The position numbers and the translations under genes are program-made. The notes under the pieces are model-generated. The model saw only the letters and a list, made by a program, of their open reading frames with translations. It did not search any database and was not told the origin of the DNA. Source: Nitrococcus mobilis Nb-231 (lineage in GTDB: Bacteria > Pseudomonadota > Gammaproteobacteria > Nitrococcales > Nitrococcaceae). From it: DNA of 32,000 nt. Shown here piece by piece: positions 7,226 through 15,800 of the stretch. The stretch is from the NCBI RefSeq assembly GCF_000153205.1, contig NZ_CH672427.1:2396342-2428341 (forward strand), given 5' to 3'. Every line of letters begins with the position of its first letter. Position 1 is the first letter of the stretch.

Positions 7226-9550
7226 ATGGCAAAAAACCTGGTAATCGTCGAATCACCAGCCAAGGCGCGCACGATCAACAAGTACTTGGGGACCGATTTC
7301 GAGGTGCTGGCCTCCTACGGTCATGTGCGTGATCTAGTGCCCAAGGAAGGAGCGGTGGACACCGAGTGTGACTTTGCCATGAAGTACACGACCATCGAGC
7401 GCAACGCGAAGCACGTCGATGCCATCGCCAAGGCCATTCGAAAGATCGATACCGTCTACCTGGCAACGGACCCGGATCGAGAGGGGGAGGCCATTTCCTG
7501 GCATCTCTCGGAGTTGCTCAAAGAGCGTGGCGTGCTCGAGGGCAAGCCCATCCATCGTGTTGTCTTCTATGAGATTACCCAGCGTGCTATCCAAGCGGCC
7601 ATGGCGCATCCACGCGGGTTATCGACGGATCTCGTCAATGCGCAGCAGGCCCGCCGGGCGCTGGACTATCTGGTCGGCTTCAAGCTCTCGCCCTTGTTAT
7701 GGAAAAAAATTACCAGTGGACTCTCCGCCGGTCGAGTTCAGAGTCCGGCGCTGCGATTGATCGTGGAGCGCGAGCAGGAGATCGAGGCTTTTACTCCGCG
7801 CGAGTACTGGACGATCGAGGCCGATCTAGAGCAATCGCAGCAGCGCTTCATCGCTCGATTGTCCACGCTTGCTGGCGAGCGGGTCGAGCAGTTCTCGATC
7901 AATACGGGTACGCAAGCGACCGAGGTGACTGTCCGGCTCGGGCAAGCGGCGGATGGCTGTCTGCGGGTTGCCAAAGTAGAGCGCAAGCAGCGGCGGCGTA
8001 ACCCGGCGGCCCCTTTCATCACCTCGACCCTGCAGCAAGAGGCCTCGCGCAAACTGCGCTTTTCTACCCAGAAAACCATGCGAGTGGCACAGCAGCTCTA
8101 CGAGGGCATCGACACGGGCAGCGGTGCCATCGGTTTGATTACCTACATGCGCACCGACTCGGTCAACCTGGCCCAGGAGGCTGTAGCGAATATCCAAGAG
8201 GTGATTGCCGAACGATACGGCCGCGACAAACTGCCCGAGCGCCCGCACCGTTATCGAACCCGGGCCAAGAATGCCCAGGAGGCGCATGAGGCCATTCGGC
8301 CAACCGACGCTTGGCGCCTGCCCGATGAGCTCAAGGCCTTTCTTACCCAGGATCAATATCGACTCTATGAGCTTATCTGGAAGCGCTCGGTTGCCTGCCA
8401 GATGATCCATGCCACGATCAATACGGTGGCGGTGGATCTCGCCTGTGGCAGTGAGGGCGTATTCCGCGCCACCGGTTCTACGATCGCGGATCCGGGTTTC
8501 ATGGCGGTGTATTCGGAAGGCACCGACGATGCCAATGCCGCTGAAGACAATGAGCGGACCCTGCCGTCTATGCAGGTCGGCGATGAGATCAAGTTGTGGG
8601 AAATCCGGCCCGAGCAGCACTTTACCGAGCCGCCACCACGCTATTCCGAAGCGAGCCTGGTACGGGCTTTGGAGGAACGGGGCATCGGTCGCCCTTCCAC
8701 CTATGCCGCTATTTTGTCGACGCTGCAGCAGCGCAATTATGTCGTGTTGGAGAATCGGCGTTTCCGTCCCACGGATACCGGTCGGGTGGTGATCAAGTTT
8801 CTCAAGGAACACTTCGACCGCTATGTGGATTACGATTTCACGGCCCGTATGGAGGATGATCTGGACGCCATCTCCCGCGGCGAACGGGATTGGATTCCGG
8901 TGCTGCGCGCGTTCTGGGAACCATTCAAAGAACGTATCGAGGATAAGAGCAAGGTGTCGCGTGGCGAGGTGATGCAGGCACGCGAGCTGGGCGTCGACCC
9001 GATCAGTGGTCGACCTGTGACCGCCCGGTTGGGTCGCTATGGCCCCTATGCGCAGATCGGCAGTGCGAACGATGCGGAAAAGCCAAGCTTTGCCGGGTTG
9101 GTTCAGGGACAGAGCATCGATACCATCACGCTCGAGGAGGCCTTGGCGCTGTTCAAGCTGCCCCGGGAGTTGGGTGAGACGCCGCAAGGGGAAAAGCTCG
9201 TGGTCGGCATCGGTCGTTATGGTCCCTATGTGCGCTATGGCAGCAAGTTCGTTTCCCTGAAACGCGACGATGACCCCTATACGATTACCCGCGAGCGGGC
9301 GTTGGAACGGGTGGCCGAGAAGAAGGAAGCCGAGGCAAATCGGCTTATTCGTCGCTTCGATGGCGCTGAGATAGAAATTTTGCGTGGTCGGTTCGGACCG
9401 TATATCACCGACGGCAAGAAGAATGCCCGTATTCCCAAGGGGCGTGAGCCCGATGAGCTCGATCTCGAGGAATGCCGACAACTGTTGGACAAGGTGCCGG
9501 AGCGTAAGAGCGGGCGGCGCGGGGGTGGACATCGACGTAAGAGCGGTTGA
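7226..9550 (+). CDS. topA: DNA topoisomerase I (type IA)
   Basis: The Toprim N-terminus MAKNLVIVESPAKARTINKYLG begins at ATG 7226; the track start at 7178 is an extension. Also present are DPDREGEAISWH and the active-site region GLITYMRTDS. The C-terminal region carries three GR(Y/F)GPY repeats and only one Cys, so no tetracysteine zinc ribbons. Confidence 0.95.
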   Translation: MAKNLVIVESPAKARTINKYLGTDFEVLASYGHVRDLVPKEGAVDTECDFAMKYTTIERNAKHVDAIAKAIRKIDTVYLATDPDREGEAISWHLSELLKERGVLEGKPIHRVVFYEITQRAIQAAMAHPRGLSTDLVNAQQARRALDYLVGFKLSPLLWKKITSGLSAGRVQSPALRLIVEREQEIEAFTPREYWTIEADLEQSQQRFIARLSTLAGERVEQFSINTGTQATEVTVRLGQAADGCLRVAKVERKQRRRNPAAPFITSTLQQEASRKLRFSTQKTMRVAQQLYEGIDTGSGAIGLITYMRTDSVNLAQEAVANIQEVIAERYGRDKLPERPHRYRTRAKNAQEAHEAIRPTDAWRLPDELKAFLTQDQYRLYELIWKRSVACQMIHATINTVAVDLACGSEGVFRATGSTIADPGFMAVYSEGTDDANAAEDNERTLPSMQVGDEIKLWEIRPEQHFTEPPPRYSEASLVRALEERGIGRPSTYAAILSTLQQRNYVVLENRRFRPTDTGRVVIKFLKEHFDRYVDYDFTARMEDDLDAISRGERDWIPVLRAFWEPFKERIEDKSKVSRGEVMQARELGVDPISGRPVTARLGRYGPYAQIGSANDAEKPSFAGLVQGQSIDTITLEEALALFKLPRELGETPQGEKLVVGIGRYGPYVRYGSKFVSLKRDDDPYTITRERALERVAEKKEAEANRLIRRFDGAEIEILRGRFGPYITDGKKNARIPKGREPDELDLEECRQLLDKVPERKSGRRGGGHRRKSG

Positions 9551-10116
9551 TGGTGCGCGCTCCGTCTGGTTTTCGTCTGTGCCGCTATGCGGCGTTACTG
9601 AGCGCCGGTGGTGTTATTGCCTATCCCACGGAGGCCGTTTATGGTTTAGGCTGTGATCCGCGGCGCCGCGATGCCGTCGTTCGTTTGCTGGAGCTGAAAG
9701 GTCGCTCGGCGCGCAAGGGATTGATATTGATCGCCCCGGAGGCGGATTGGCTCGCTGAGTATATGGCTCCCCTCAGCGAGGCGGTGGCGGCGCAAATGAT
9801 GGCGAGCTGGCCGGGTCCGGTGACTTGGGTGGTGCCGGCCGCGGCCCGTGCACCCATTTGGTTGACCGGTGGCCGCGGGACTATCGCGTTGCGAGTGACG
9901 GCGCACCCGGTCGCCAGTGCCTTGTGCCGGGCCTTCGGCGGAGCGCTGGTGTCGACTAGCGCCAATCGTGCCGGCGGCACCCCGGCGCGTACGGCGTTGC
10001 GCACGCGGTTATTATTCGGGCCTGATTTGGATGCGGTCGTGCCGGGCAAGCTCGGTGAACTCGATCGTCCTACCCCGATTCTCGATGCGCGCTCGGGGAT
10101 GATTCTGCGTGAATGA
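9550..10116 (+). CDS. tsaC: L-threonylcarbamoyladenylate synthase, type 1 (TsaC/YrdC)
   Basis: ~188 aa with the YrdC-fold motifs IAYPTEAVYGLGCDP and SANRAG. The ATG at 9550 overlaps the topA TGA (TGATG). Confidence 0.9.
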   Translation: MVRAPSGFRLCRYAALLSAGGVIAYPTEAVYGLGCDPRRRDAVVRLLELKGRSARKGLILIAPEADWLAEYMAPLSEAVAAQMMASWPGPVTWVVPAAARAPIWLTGGRGTIALRVTAHPVASALCRAFGGALVSTSANRAGGTPARTALRTRLLFGPDLDAVVPGKLGELDRPTPILDARSGMILRE

Positions 10117-10198
10117 GTTTGCATTCCATGATGGCCAAGAGCCGGTTGTCAAAGCTTGGTAGGTAGTAAGCCCTTGGTGGGTAAAATATTAACAGACC

Positions 10199-11152
10199 AT
10201 GGCAGATCGAGAGCAAAGCAGCACCCGAATGGATAAGCCTCGCCCAGCAGCCGTTAAAAGCTATCTCCTGGACCTGCAGGATCGAATTTGCGAGGCCATT
10301 AGTGCCGAGGACGATGCCACCGCGCGCTTCCACGAGGATCCTTGGAGCCGTGAGGAGGGGGGCGGTGGTCGCTCTCGTGTGTTGTGCGAGGGCGTCACCT
10401 TTGAGCAGGCGGGTATTAACTTCTCCCATGTATATGGAAGCGCTTTGCCGGACACCGCCAGCGCGCGCCGTCCGGAACTGGCTGGACGGTGCTACCAGGC
10501 CATGGGTGTTTCGCTGGTCGTCCATCCGCGCAACCCCTTCGTGCCGATCTCTCATGCTAATGTCCGCTTTTTCCTTGCCGAGAAGCCGGGAGAGGCCCCG
10601 GTGTGGTGGTTCGGTGGCGGCTTCGATCTGACCCCTTGCTACGGCTACGACGAAGATGTGTTGCACTGGCACCAGAGCGCCAAGGCCGCCTGCGATCCGT
10701 ATGACGAACGCTTCTACCCCCGCTTTAAAGCGTGGTGCGATGAATACTTTTATCTGCCGCATCGTAACGAGCCACGGGGAGTCGGGGGGTTATTTTTCGA
10801 CGATTTCACCGGTGCCGGGTTCGAGCACGCTTTTGGTTTCATGCGTTCTGTGGGTAATGGCTTCCTACAGGCCTATTTGCCCATTGTCAGGCGCCGCAAG
10901 AGCACCGACTATGGTGAGCGCGAGCGCCGCTTTCAACTCTATCGGCGGGGCCGCTACGTGGAGTTCAACCTGCTCTTCGACCGCGGCACACGCTTTGGTA
11001 TCCACTCCGGCGGCCGAGCCGAGTCCATCCTCATGTCGTTGCCGCCACTGGTGCGCTGGGAGTACGGCTGGCAGCCGGAGCCCGGCTCAAGGGAAGCGGA
11101 ACTCTACGCGCGCTATCTGCAGCCGCGTGATTGGTTGACGGAACTGCGGTAG
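10199..11152 (+). CDS. hemF: oxygen-dependent coproporphyrinogen III oxidase
   Basis: 317 aa with characteristic HemF blocks: [37 protein letters not shown] and RGTRFGI. Confidence 0.95.
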   Translation: MADREQSSTRMDKPRPAAVKSYLLDLQDRICEAISAEDDATARFHEDPWSREEGGGGRSRVLCEGVTFEQAGINFSHVYGSALPDTASARRPELAGRCYQAMGVSLVVHPRNPFVPISHANVRFFLAEKPGEAPVWWFGGGFDLTPCYGYDEDVLHWHQSAKAACDPYDERFYPRFKAWCDEYFYLPHRNEPRGVGGLFFDDFTGAGFEHAFGFMRSVGNGFLQAYLPIVRRRKSTDYGERERRFQLYRRGRYVEFNLLFDRGTRFGIHSGGRAESILMSLPPLVRWEYGWQPEPGSREAELYARYLQPRDWLTELR

Positions 11153-11234
11153 GGCGCTGAAGGTAGGCCCGTGTTCAAGTGCTCGATTCGCCGGCTTGCA
11201 ATTCGAGCGCGCACCGAGGCCGTCTGACGCGTTG

Positions 11235-11870
11235 TCAGTGCTGCGCTTGTGTGTGCTGGCGGAAGACGTAGCGGTTAAGGATCGTTTGCGTTTCGGCGGC
11301 GATATTTTCAAAACGGATAGCGAGAGTCCGGCGGTTGGTATCGGCATGGTCCCGGTTTATCCGCACTACCTGGCCTTTGACCTCGAAGCGTTCAGCATTG
11401 CTAAACTGGACTCGCAGATGAATAGAGTGGCGCCCCGGGCGGGTAAGGGTTGAGGGCAGATCGGTCAGTGACAACCCCGTGGCGGAGAGGTCGCGCACCT
11501 GGGGCGCTTGCAACAGGCCGCGGCTGTCGATCACTCGTATATCGCCTTGGTAGGGGTGAACACGGACCGCCCGTGCGGTCCCATCGCGCTCGATGATGGT
11601 GGGATAGCCAAAACGCAGGGCCACCGGAGGGCCGGCCGTTGGGCGCTCCACGTAGAGCTTGAAATCAAAGATGTAGTTGCCTTGTTCGAGCTTGAGCTGC
11701 AGGTGTTTGGCATCGCTTAGCAACTGCAGCAGCTCGGTATCGCCGCCGTAGGGATCGAGCGCAAGCGTGCGTGAGCGAAGCAGGGGAACCTCGCGCAGCT
11801 CGTTTGCAGCAAACAATTCGCGTAGATAGCCTACTTCCTCAGCGGTGAGGTGTGCTGATTTAACCACCAT
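11235..11870 (-). CDS. PilZ domain-containing protein (YcgR-like two-domain layout)
   Basis: 211 aa. The C-terminal half has the PilZ DxSxxG motif (DLSATGLSL) and a typical domain end (LAIRFENIAAETQTILNRYVF). The upstream arginine motif is non-canonical: ERDGTARAVRV instead of RRxxxR. Confidence 0.7.
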   Translation of the reverse strand: MVVKSAHLTAEEVGYLRELFAANELREVPLLRSRTLALDPYGGDTELLQLLSDAKHLQLKLEQGNYIFDFKLYVERPTAGPPVALRFGYPTIIERDGTARAVRVHPYQGDIRVIDSRGLLQAPQVRDLSATGLSLTDLPSTLTRPGRHSIHLRVQFSNAERFEVKGQVVRINRDHADTNRRTLAIRFENIAAETQTILNRYVFRQHTQAQH

Positions 11871-12048
11871 AATCAGTCTCTTCCACTGGTGTGGCTGTGC
11901 CCTGCCGCCGTGATCCCTATAAAAGCATAATGTCTATATAACGAACGTATGGCAAGACTGTTGCTATCTTGATCAGTCAGAGTTGGTTTGCCTCGGGGGC
12001 GTAGGCTCGGGCAAACGCGATTTGGCCAGGAGGAATGTGGATACGACG

Positions 12049-12831
12049 ATGTGGGTGGGAAAGCTAATCGGTGGTCTGCTCGGGTATTGGCTAGGAGGGC
12101 TATTCGGTGCGTTGTTTGGTGTGCTGCTAGGGCATCTAATCGATCGAGGCCTAGCTGTTTCCCGCTTTGCTCTAGGTGATCTGAGGCGTATCCACGAGAT
12201 TTTTTTTCGTTCCACTTTTGGCATTATGGGCCATGTGTGCAAGATCGATGGTCGCGTCAGCGAAGCCGAGATCGCCGCGGCCGAATCGATCATGGCCCAA
12301 ATGAACCTCTCGGCGGAGCAACGGCGTGCGGCGATCGGCTACTTTAATGCCGGTAAACGCGCCGATTTCGACCTGGATAGAGCCCTGAGAGAGTTTCGTC
12401 GGGTCAGCCGGGGGCAGATCAATTTATTGCGGATGTTTCTGGAAATCCAAATTCAGGCAGCCCTGGCCGATGACCGTATCGACAAGGCCAAGCGCGGTAT
12501 TTTACTCTACATCGCCCGAGGACTCGGCCTACAGGAAAGTGAGTATGCTCGTTTAGAGGCATTTTTGGCCGGTAACTACCAGCGCGCCCAGGCAAATCCT
12601 CGGGGCGCCCGGAGCGATGGACTTACGGATGCATACCGCACATTGGGCGTCAGCCCAAGCAACAGTGATTCCGAGGTAAAAAAAGCCTACCGGCGGCTGA
12701 TGAATCAACATCATCCGGACAAGTTGGTTGCTCGGGGTTTGCCCGAGACGATGGTCAAGTTAGCGCAGCAACGCACCCAGGAAATACGGGCCGCTTATGA
12801 TTCCATCAAGCGTGACCGTGCCATAAAATAG
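12049..12831 (+). CDS. djlA: co-chaperone DjlA (N-terminal TM helix, TerB-like domain, C-terminal J domain)
   Basis: The DjlA-type glycine-rich TM start MWVGKLIGGLLGYWLGGLFGALFGVLLGHLIDRG begins at ATG 12049. AGGAGG lies at 12028-12033, so the spacing is long and the start is somewhat uncertain. The C-terminal J domain reads DAYRTLGVSPSNSDSEVKKAYRRLMNQHHPDK. Confidence 0.85.
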   Translation: MWVGKLIGGLLGYWLGGLFGALFGVLLGHLIDRGLAVSRFALGDLRRIHEIFFRSTFGIMGHVCKIDGRVSEAEIAAAESIMAQMNLSAEQRRAAIGYFNAGKRADFDLDRALREFRRVSRGQINLLRMFLEIQIQAALADDRIDKAKRGILLYIARGLGLQESEYARLEAFLAGNYQRAQANPRGARSDGLTDAYRTLGVSPSNSDSEVKKAYRRLMNQHHPDKLVARGLPETMVKLAQQRTQEIRAAYDSIKRDRAIK

Positions 12832-12889
12832 CTCCCGAATCTCGTCGCAGTTACTTCGCTCGCCGTGTGGCTATCGATACTCATCCGAA

Positions 12890-14305
12890 TCAGCGCTGAT
12901 AACGGGCTTGGTAGCTCATTGTAGCCGTGCCGGTTGCAGGCACCGCAACCGCCCATTGTGCGATCGCGGACGATATGCGTTCGTGTGATGCGGTATGCTG
13001 CACGATTTCCCAGTCACCGGGCAGATGTTCGCGGAGTTGCACCGTGACTGGTTGTGTCCCGGCGTTGCGCAGTTCGATGCGCCAGCCGACTTCGTAGTGA
13101 TCTTTGCCTAGGCGCCGGAACAGTGTGCGCGTGCGGCGGGCGGTGATATCAAAAGCCGTGCCGAGGGCTAGCTCCAGCGGCTTGCCGGTGGGCGTATGAT
13201 CGATCCGGTCGGCACCTAGATAACGCGGCTCGCCATCCGCGCCCACCTCCCTTATACGCACCGTTCCGGCTGGAAGTGCAAGTGGTTGTTCTGCGGTGGT
13301 GGTATCCACATGCAGACGCACTCGAACCGGTGTTTCGCCGCCATTACCGGTGGCGTTGCCGCTAACCCGATAGTAGCGCTGTACCGCCAAGCCTTCCGCT
13401 CGGAGCAATTGCAGGCGCAGCGTGGCGGCATCGGGTAAGCTCACTGGTTGATCCAGGCGATATAAATGCCACGCCAAGACCGGCTCGGCTGCGCTCGCTT
13501 CGGCTGCTGAGCGCAGATGCTGCGTTTTCATCATGATGGGGCTTATCCGATCAGCGCGGGCAATATCCCCGGCGATCAAACGCACCTTGGCGCTCGGATA
13601 GTCTCCGCCACTGTGGTTGACGATTCGTGCAAAGCCTTCGAGCCGAAGTTGCTTGGCCTGCAGCTCGGCCCAATAGTCCATTTGCCAGCCGAGCCCGTCG
13701 CTTAGGTAAATCAAATCCAGTTTGTGACGGCCGCCCATAGTACCAGATAGCCACAAGTTGAGCGCGGGGCCGGCCACATTGACACGCGGATCCAGCGGCA
13801 AGGCAATGCGCCAGGGCGTATCGGGCCCGCCGATTTCCAGCCGCTTGCCGATTCGAACGATCGGGTTATCCCCAGCCGCGCTGACGAGTATCCCTCTGCG
13901 CGGCTGGCCATTTTCTCCGGAGCGGGGCATAAGCAGTACCGGACGGCCCTGATAAGCTTGCAATAGCGTGCGGGGTGTCCATTTTGCGTTGCGAAACCGC
14001 TGTCGCTGGACATGAACAGTCGAGTTCAGGGTGATGGCCAGCGTATCCGGCTGTAGACGTGCCGGTAAATCAAGGAGTGTGAGCTGATCACGGGCCGGAG
14101 AGAGGGTAATTGCTCGAGCCTCGTGCACGAGGCTCAGGCCGTTTTGATAAATCGTCAGGGTAAGCGCACGGCGGTCTGGGGTATCACCTTGGGCGGCCGC
14201 GGCTGCAATCGGTTGCGGGGGTGCGCGGCCGACATCGTTCTCGACGGGCAACGCGCGAGCCGCCGCTGCGCCCATCGCACTGGCAGCAGCCAGGGCGAAT
14301 GCCAT
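12890..14305 (-). CDS. secreted DUF4140/DUF4139 family protein (MuiA-like, function unknown)
   Basis: ~471 aa from ATG 14305; the track start at 14329 is a TTG. The signal peptide is MAFALAAASAMGAAAARA. The N-terminal pattern LTLTIYQNGLSLVHEARAITLSPARDQLTLLDLPARLQPDTLAI matches my recollection of the DUF4140/DUF4139 N-terminus. The long ORF has no competing frame. The family call comes from memory only. Confidence 0.6.
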   Translation of the reverse strand: MAFALAAASAMGAAAARALPVENDVGRAPPQPIAAAAAQGDTPDRRALTLTIYQNGLSLVHEARAITLSPARDQLTLLDLPARLQPDTLAITLNSTVHVQRQRFRNAKWTPRTLLQAYQGRPVLLMPRSGENGQPRRGILVSAAGDNPIVRIGKRLEIGGPDTPWRIALPLDPRVNVAGPALNLWLSGTMGGRHKLDLIYLSDGLGWQMDYWAELQAKQLRLEGFARIVNHSGGDYPSAKVRLIAGDIARADRISPIMMKTQHLRSAAEASAAEPVLAWHLYRLDQPVSLPDAATLRLQLLRAEGLAVQRYYRVSGNATGNGGETPVRVRLHVDTTTAEQPLALPAGTVRIREVGADGEPRYLGADRIDHTPTGKPLELALGTAFDITARRTRTLFRRLGKDHYEVGWRIELRNAGTQPVTVQLREHLPGDWEIVQHTASHERISSAIAQWAVAVPATGTATMSYQARYQR

Positions 14306-14390
14306 AAGGGGTGGATAACTCCCGTGCAATGCGGTCTCCTCTTTATGCTAAGGGTTAGTTTAGTGCACCACCGAAAGAGCGGCGATTCGA

Positions 14391-15116
14391 TCATGGGTTC
14401 GGCCGCTGTGTGCGTAACAGCTGCGCTTTAGCCGCATTGAGGCGCGCAGCGAGATAACCGGATCCGCCGCGGTCCGGGTGCAGCCGTTGCATCAGCCGTC
14501 GATGGGCCGCCACAATTTGCGCCCGGTCGGCGCCATTCGCGAGCCCGAGCATGGCGTAGGCTTGGGTATCCGACAAGGCTTTATTGCCACCCGAAGCATA
14601 GCTTGTATTCTCGTTGCCCTGATTGGCCTCGCCAGCTTGCCAGCCCGTATGGGCTTGATCGAGGTAGGCGGCCAAAAGCGCTGCCGTTTCCTCGTCGAGT
14701 GCTAAATAAGCGTTGTGTAATACCCGCAGTTCACTGAGCGCAAGTCGGCTCAACTGGCGGCCCTGCAGACGGCCGTCGAGGATTGTGCCGTCGATGCATC
14801 CGCTGCGTGGATCGATTGTAATCGCTAAATTTTTCGTTTTCAGGTAACAATAGCCGTCCCCCTGGGAGGGGTATGCGTCTTCGGACGAGCCGTTTAGCTT
14901 GATGAGCGCTCGGCGTCCTAGCAGAGCGATGGCGAGGATGAGCCCGACTATCCAGTGCAGGCGCCCGGTCGCGACCAGTAGGGCAAACAAGCCCAGGCCA
15001 GCGTAGCCCAGTAGCCGTGGTAAGCGCCGCCGCAGCGCCGCGCGCGCCTCGGCGGAGCGCCAGAGGACGAAGGCTGTGATGACGGCGGTGAACAGGAGCA
15101 GTTGAGCCATTGACAT
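14391..15116 (-). CDS. membrane-anchored J-domain protein (DnaJ-like, non-DjlA)
   Basis: The C-terminal J domain reads AYAMLGLANGADRAQIVAAHRRLMQRLHPDRGGSGYLAARLNAAKAQLL. There are two N-terminal hydrophobic helices (AQLLLFTAVITAFVLW and GLGLFALLVATGRLHWIVGLILAIALL). The middle block DGTILDGRLQGRQLSRLALSELRVLHNAYLALDEETAALLAAYLD recalls a widespread TM-plus-J family. The start is uncertain (ATG 15116, ATG 15161 or GTG 15281). It ends 85 nt upstream of the DUF4139 gene on the same strand. Confidence 0.75.
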   Translation of the reverse strand: MSMAQLLLFTAVITAFVLWRSAEARAALRRRLPRLLGYAGLGLFALLVATGRLHWIVGLILAIALLGRRALIKLNGSSEDAYPSQGDGYCYLKTKNLAITIDPRSGCIDGTILDGRLQGRQLSRLALSELRVLHNAYLALDEETAALLAAYLDQAHTGWQAGEANQGNENTSYASGGNKALSDTQAYAMLGLANGADRAQIVAAHRRLMQRLHPDRGGSGYLAARLNAAKAQLLRTQRPNP

Positions 15117-15475
15117 GCACCCATAAAGCGGTGGAACAAGGCCGCTCGGGAAAGCGGTCATGCCAAGCTGGCAGCCAGAGAGAGCCCGCTGGGTTGGCCG
15201 CCCCAATAGCTCCGAGTGCCTGGCTGAACTATACGAGATAGGGTGCAGCGGGGTCGATCTGTTGCTCCTCGTGGCGGGCACGCACCGTCATATCCCGCCG
15301 CAGGGCGACGATCAGCGCCAGCCGGCACTTATTCAGATGGGGCATGCATAGAATATGCTCAGCATTTCCCGGTAATTCTCCTGCATCCAGTCCATGGTGA
15401 GCATCGAATTTTATACGCGCAATCCGTGATGTATTCGTGCCGTCGATGCGGGTATGGTCGTTTGGCGATGCCCGT

Positions 15476-15630
15476 GTTGCCCAGCTTTACACTTCGTACT
15501 TATTGGTGTATCAGCCGTATCGCGGTCCGTAGGATGGGTATGTGATGCATGCACACGCGGCGGCGCACCCGGCCGATGCGGTTCATTTGCCACTGTCCGT
15601 TGCGCAGCTTACACTTCTTACGGCTGGCAC
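15476..15630. repeat. imperfect ~30-bp direct repeat pair in the non-coding gap upstream of sqs
   Basis: Copy 1 at 15476-15508 is GTTGCCCAGCTTTACACTTCGTACTTATTGGTG. Copy 2 at 15599-15630 is GTTGCGCAGCTTACACTTCTTACGGCTGGCAC. The shared blocks are GTTGC, CAGCTT, ACACTTC and TAC. Aligned by eye. Confidence 0.75.
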
Positions 15631-15639
15631 AGGGTTGGG

Positions 15640-15679
15640 TAAGATAATTGCCGGGTTGAATAAGATAATTTGGATAATT
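15640..15679. repeat. direct repeats TAAGATAATT (x2, 21 bp apart) plus a third GATAATT; candidate operator
   Basis: TAAGATAATT occurs at 15640-15649 and 15661-15670, with GATAATT again at 15673-15679. The cluster lies ~120 bp upstream of the sqs start. The 21-bp spacing equals two helical turns. A binding-site role is only an inference. Confidence 0.6.
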
Positions 15680-15800
15680 CACGATCGATACACTCGGCCC
15701 TTCGTGAGGGAGCGATCCGAGGACACGGCAAGCGAGCGAACACGTCGAGCTTTTAGCCGCTAGCCTGCTCTGCCATATCATGGAGTGAAAAAAGCCCGAT

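Noticed and set aside
7826-9532. A 568-aa ORF on the minus strand, the longest unassigned ORF in the track.
   Set aside because: It lies entirely antisense to topA, whose identity is unambiguous. Its product is Arg/Gly/Leu/Pro-rich with no recognisable motif. This is a typical shadow ORF of GC-rich DNA.
10070-10762. A 230-aa minus-strand ORF.
   Set aside because: It is antisense to hemF with no recognisable domain, so I treat it as a shadow ORF.
15625-15640. TGGCAC at 15625-15630, suggesting a sigma-54 -24 element upstream of sqs.
   Set aside because: The expected -12 TTGC(A/T) after a 5-nt spacer is replaced by TGGGT, and the hexamer lies inside repeat copy 2. There is not enough evidence to call a promoter.
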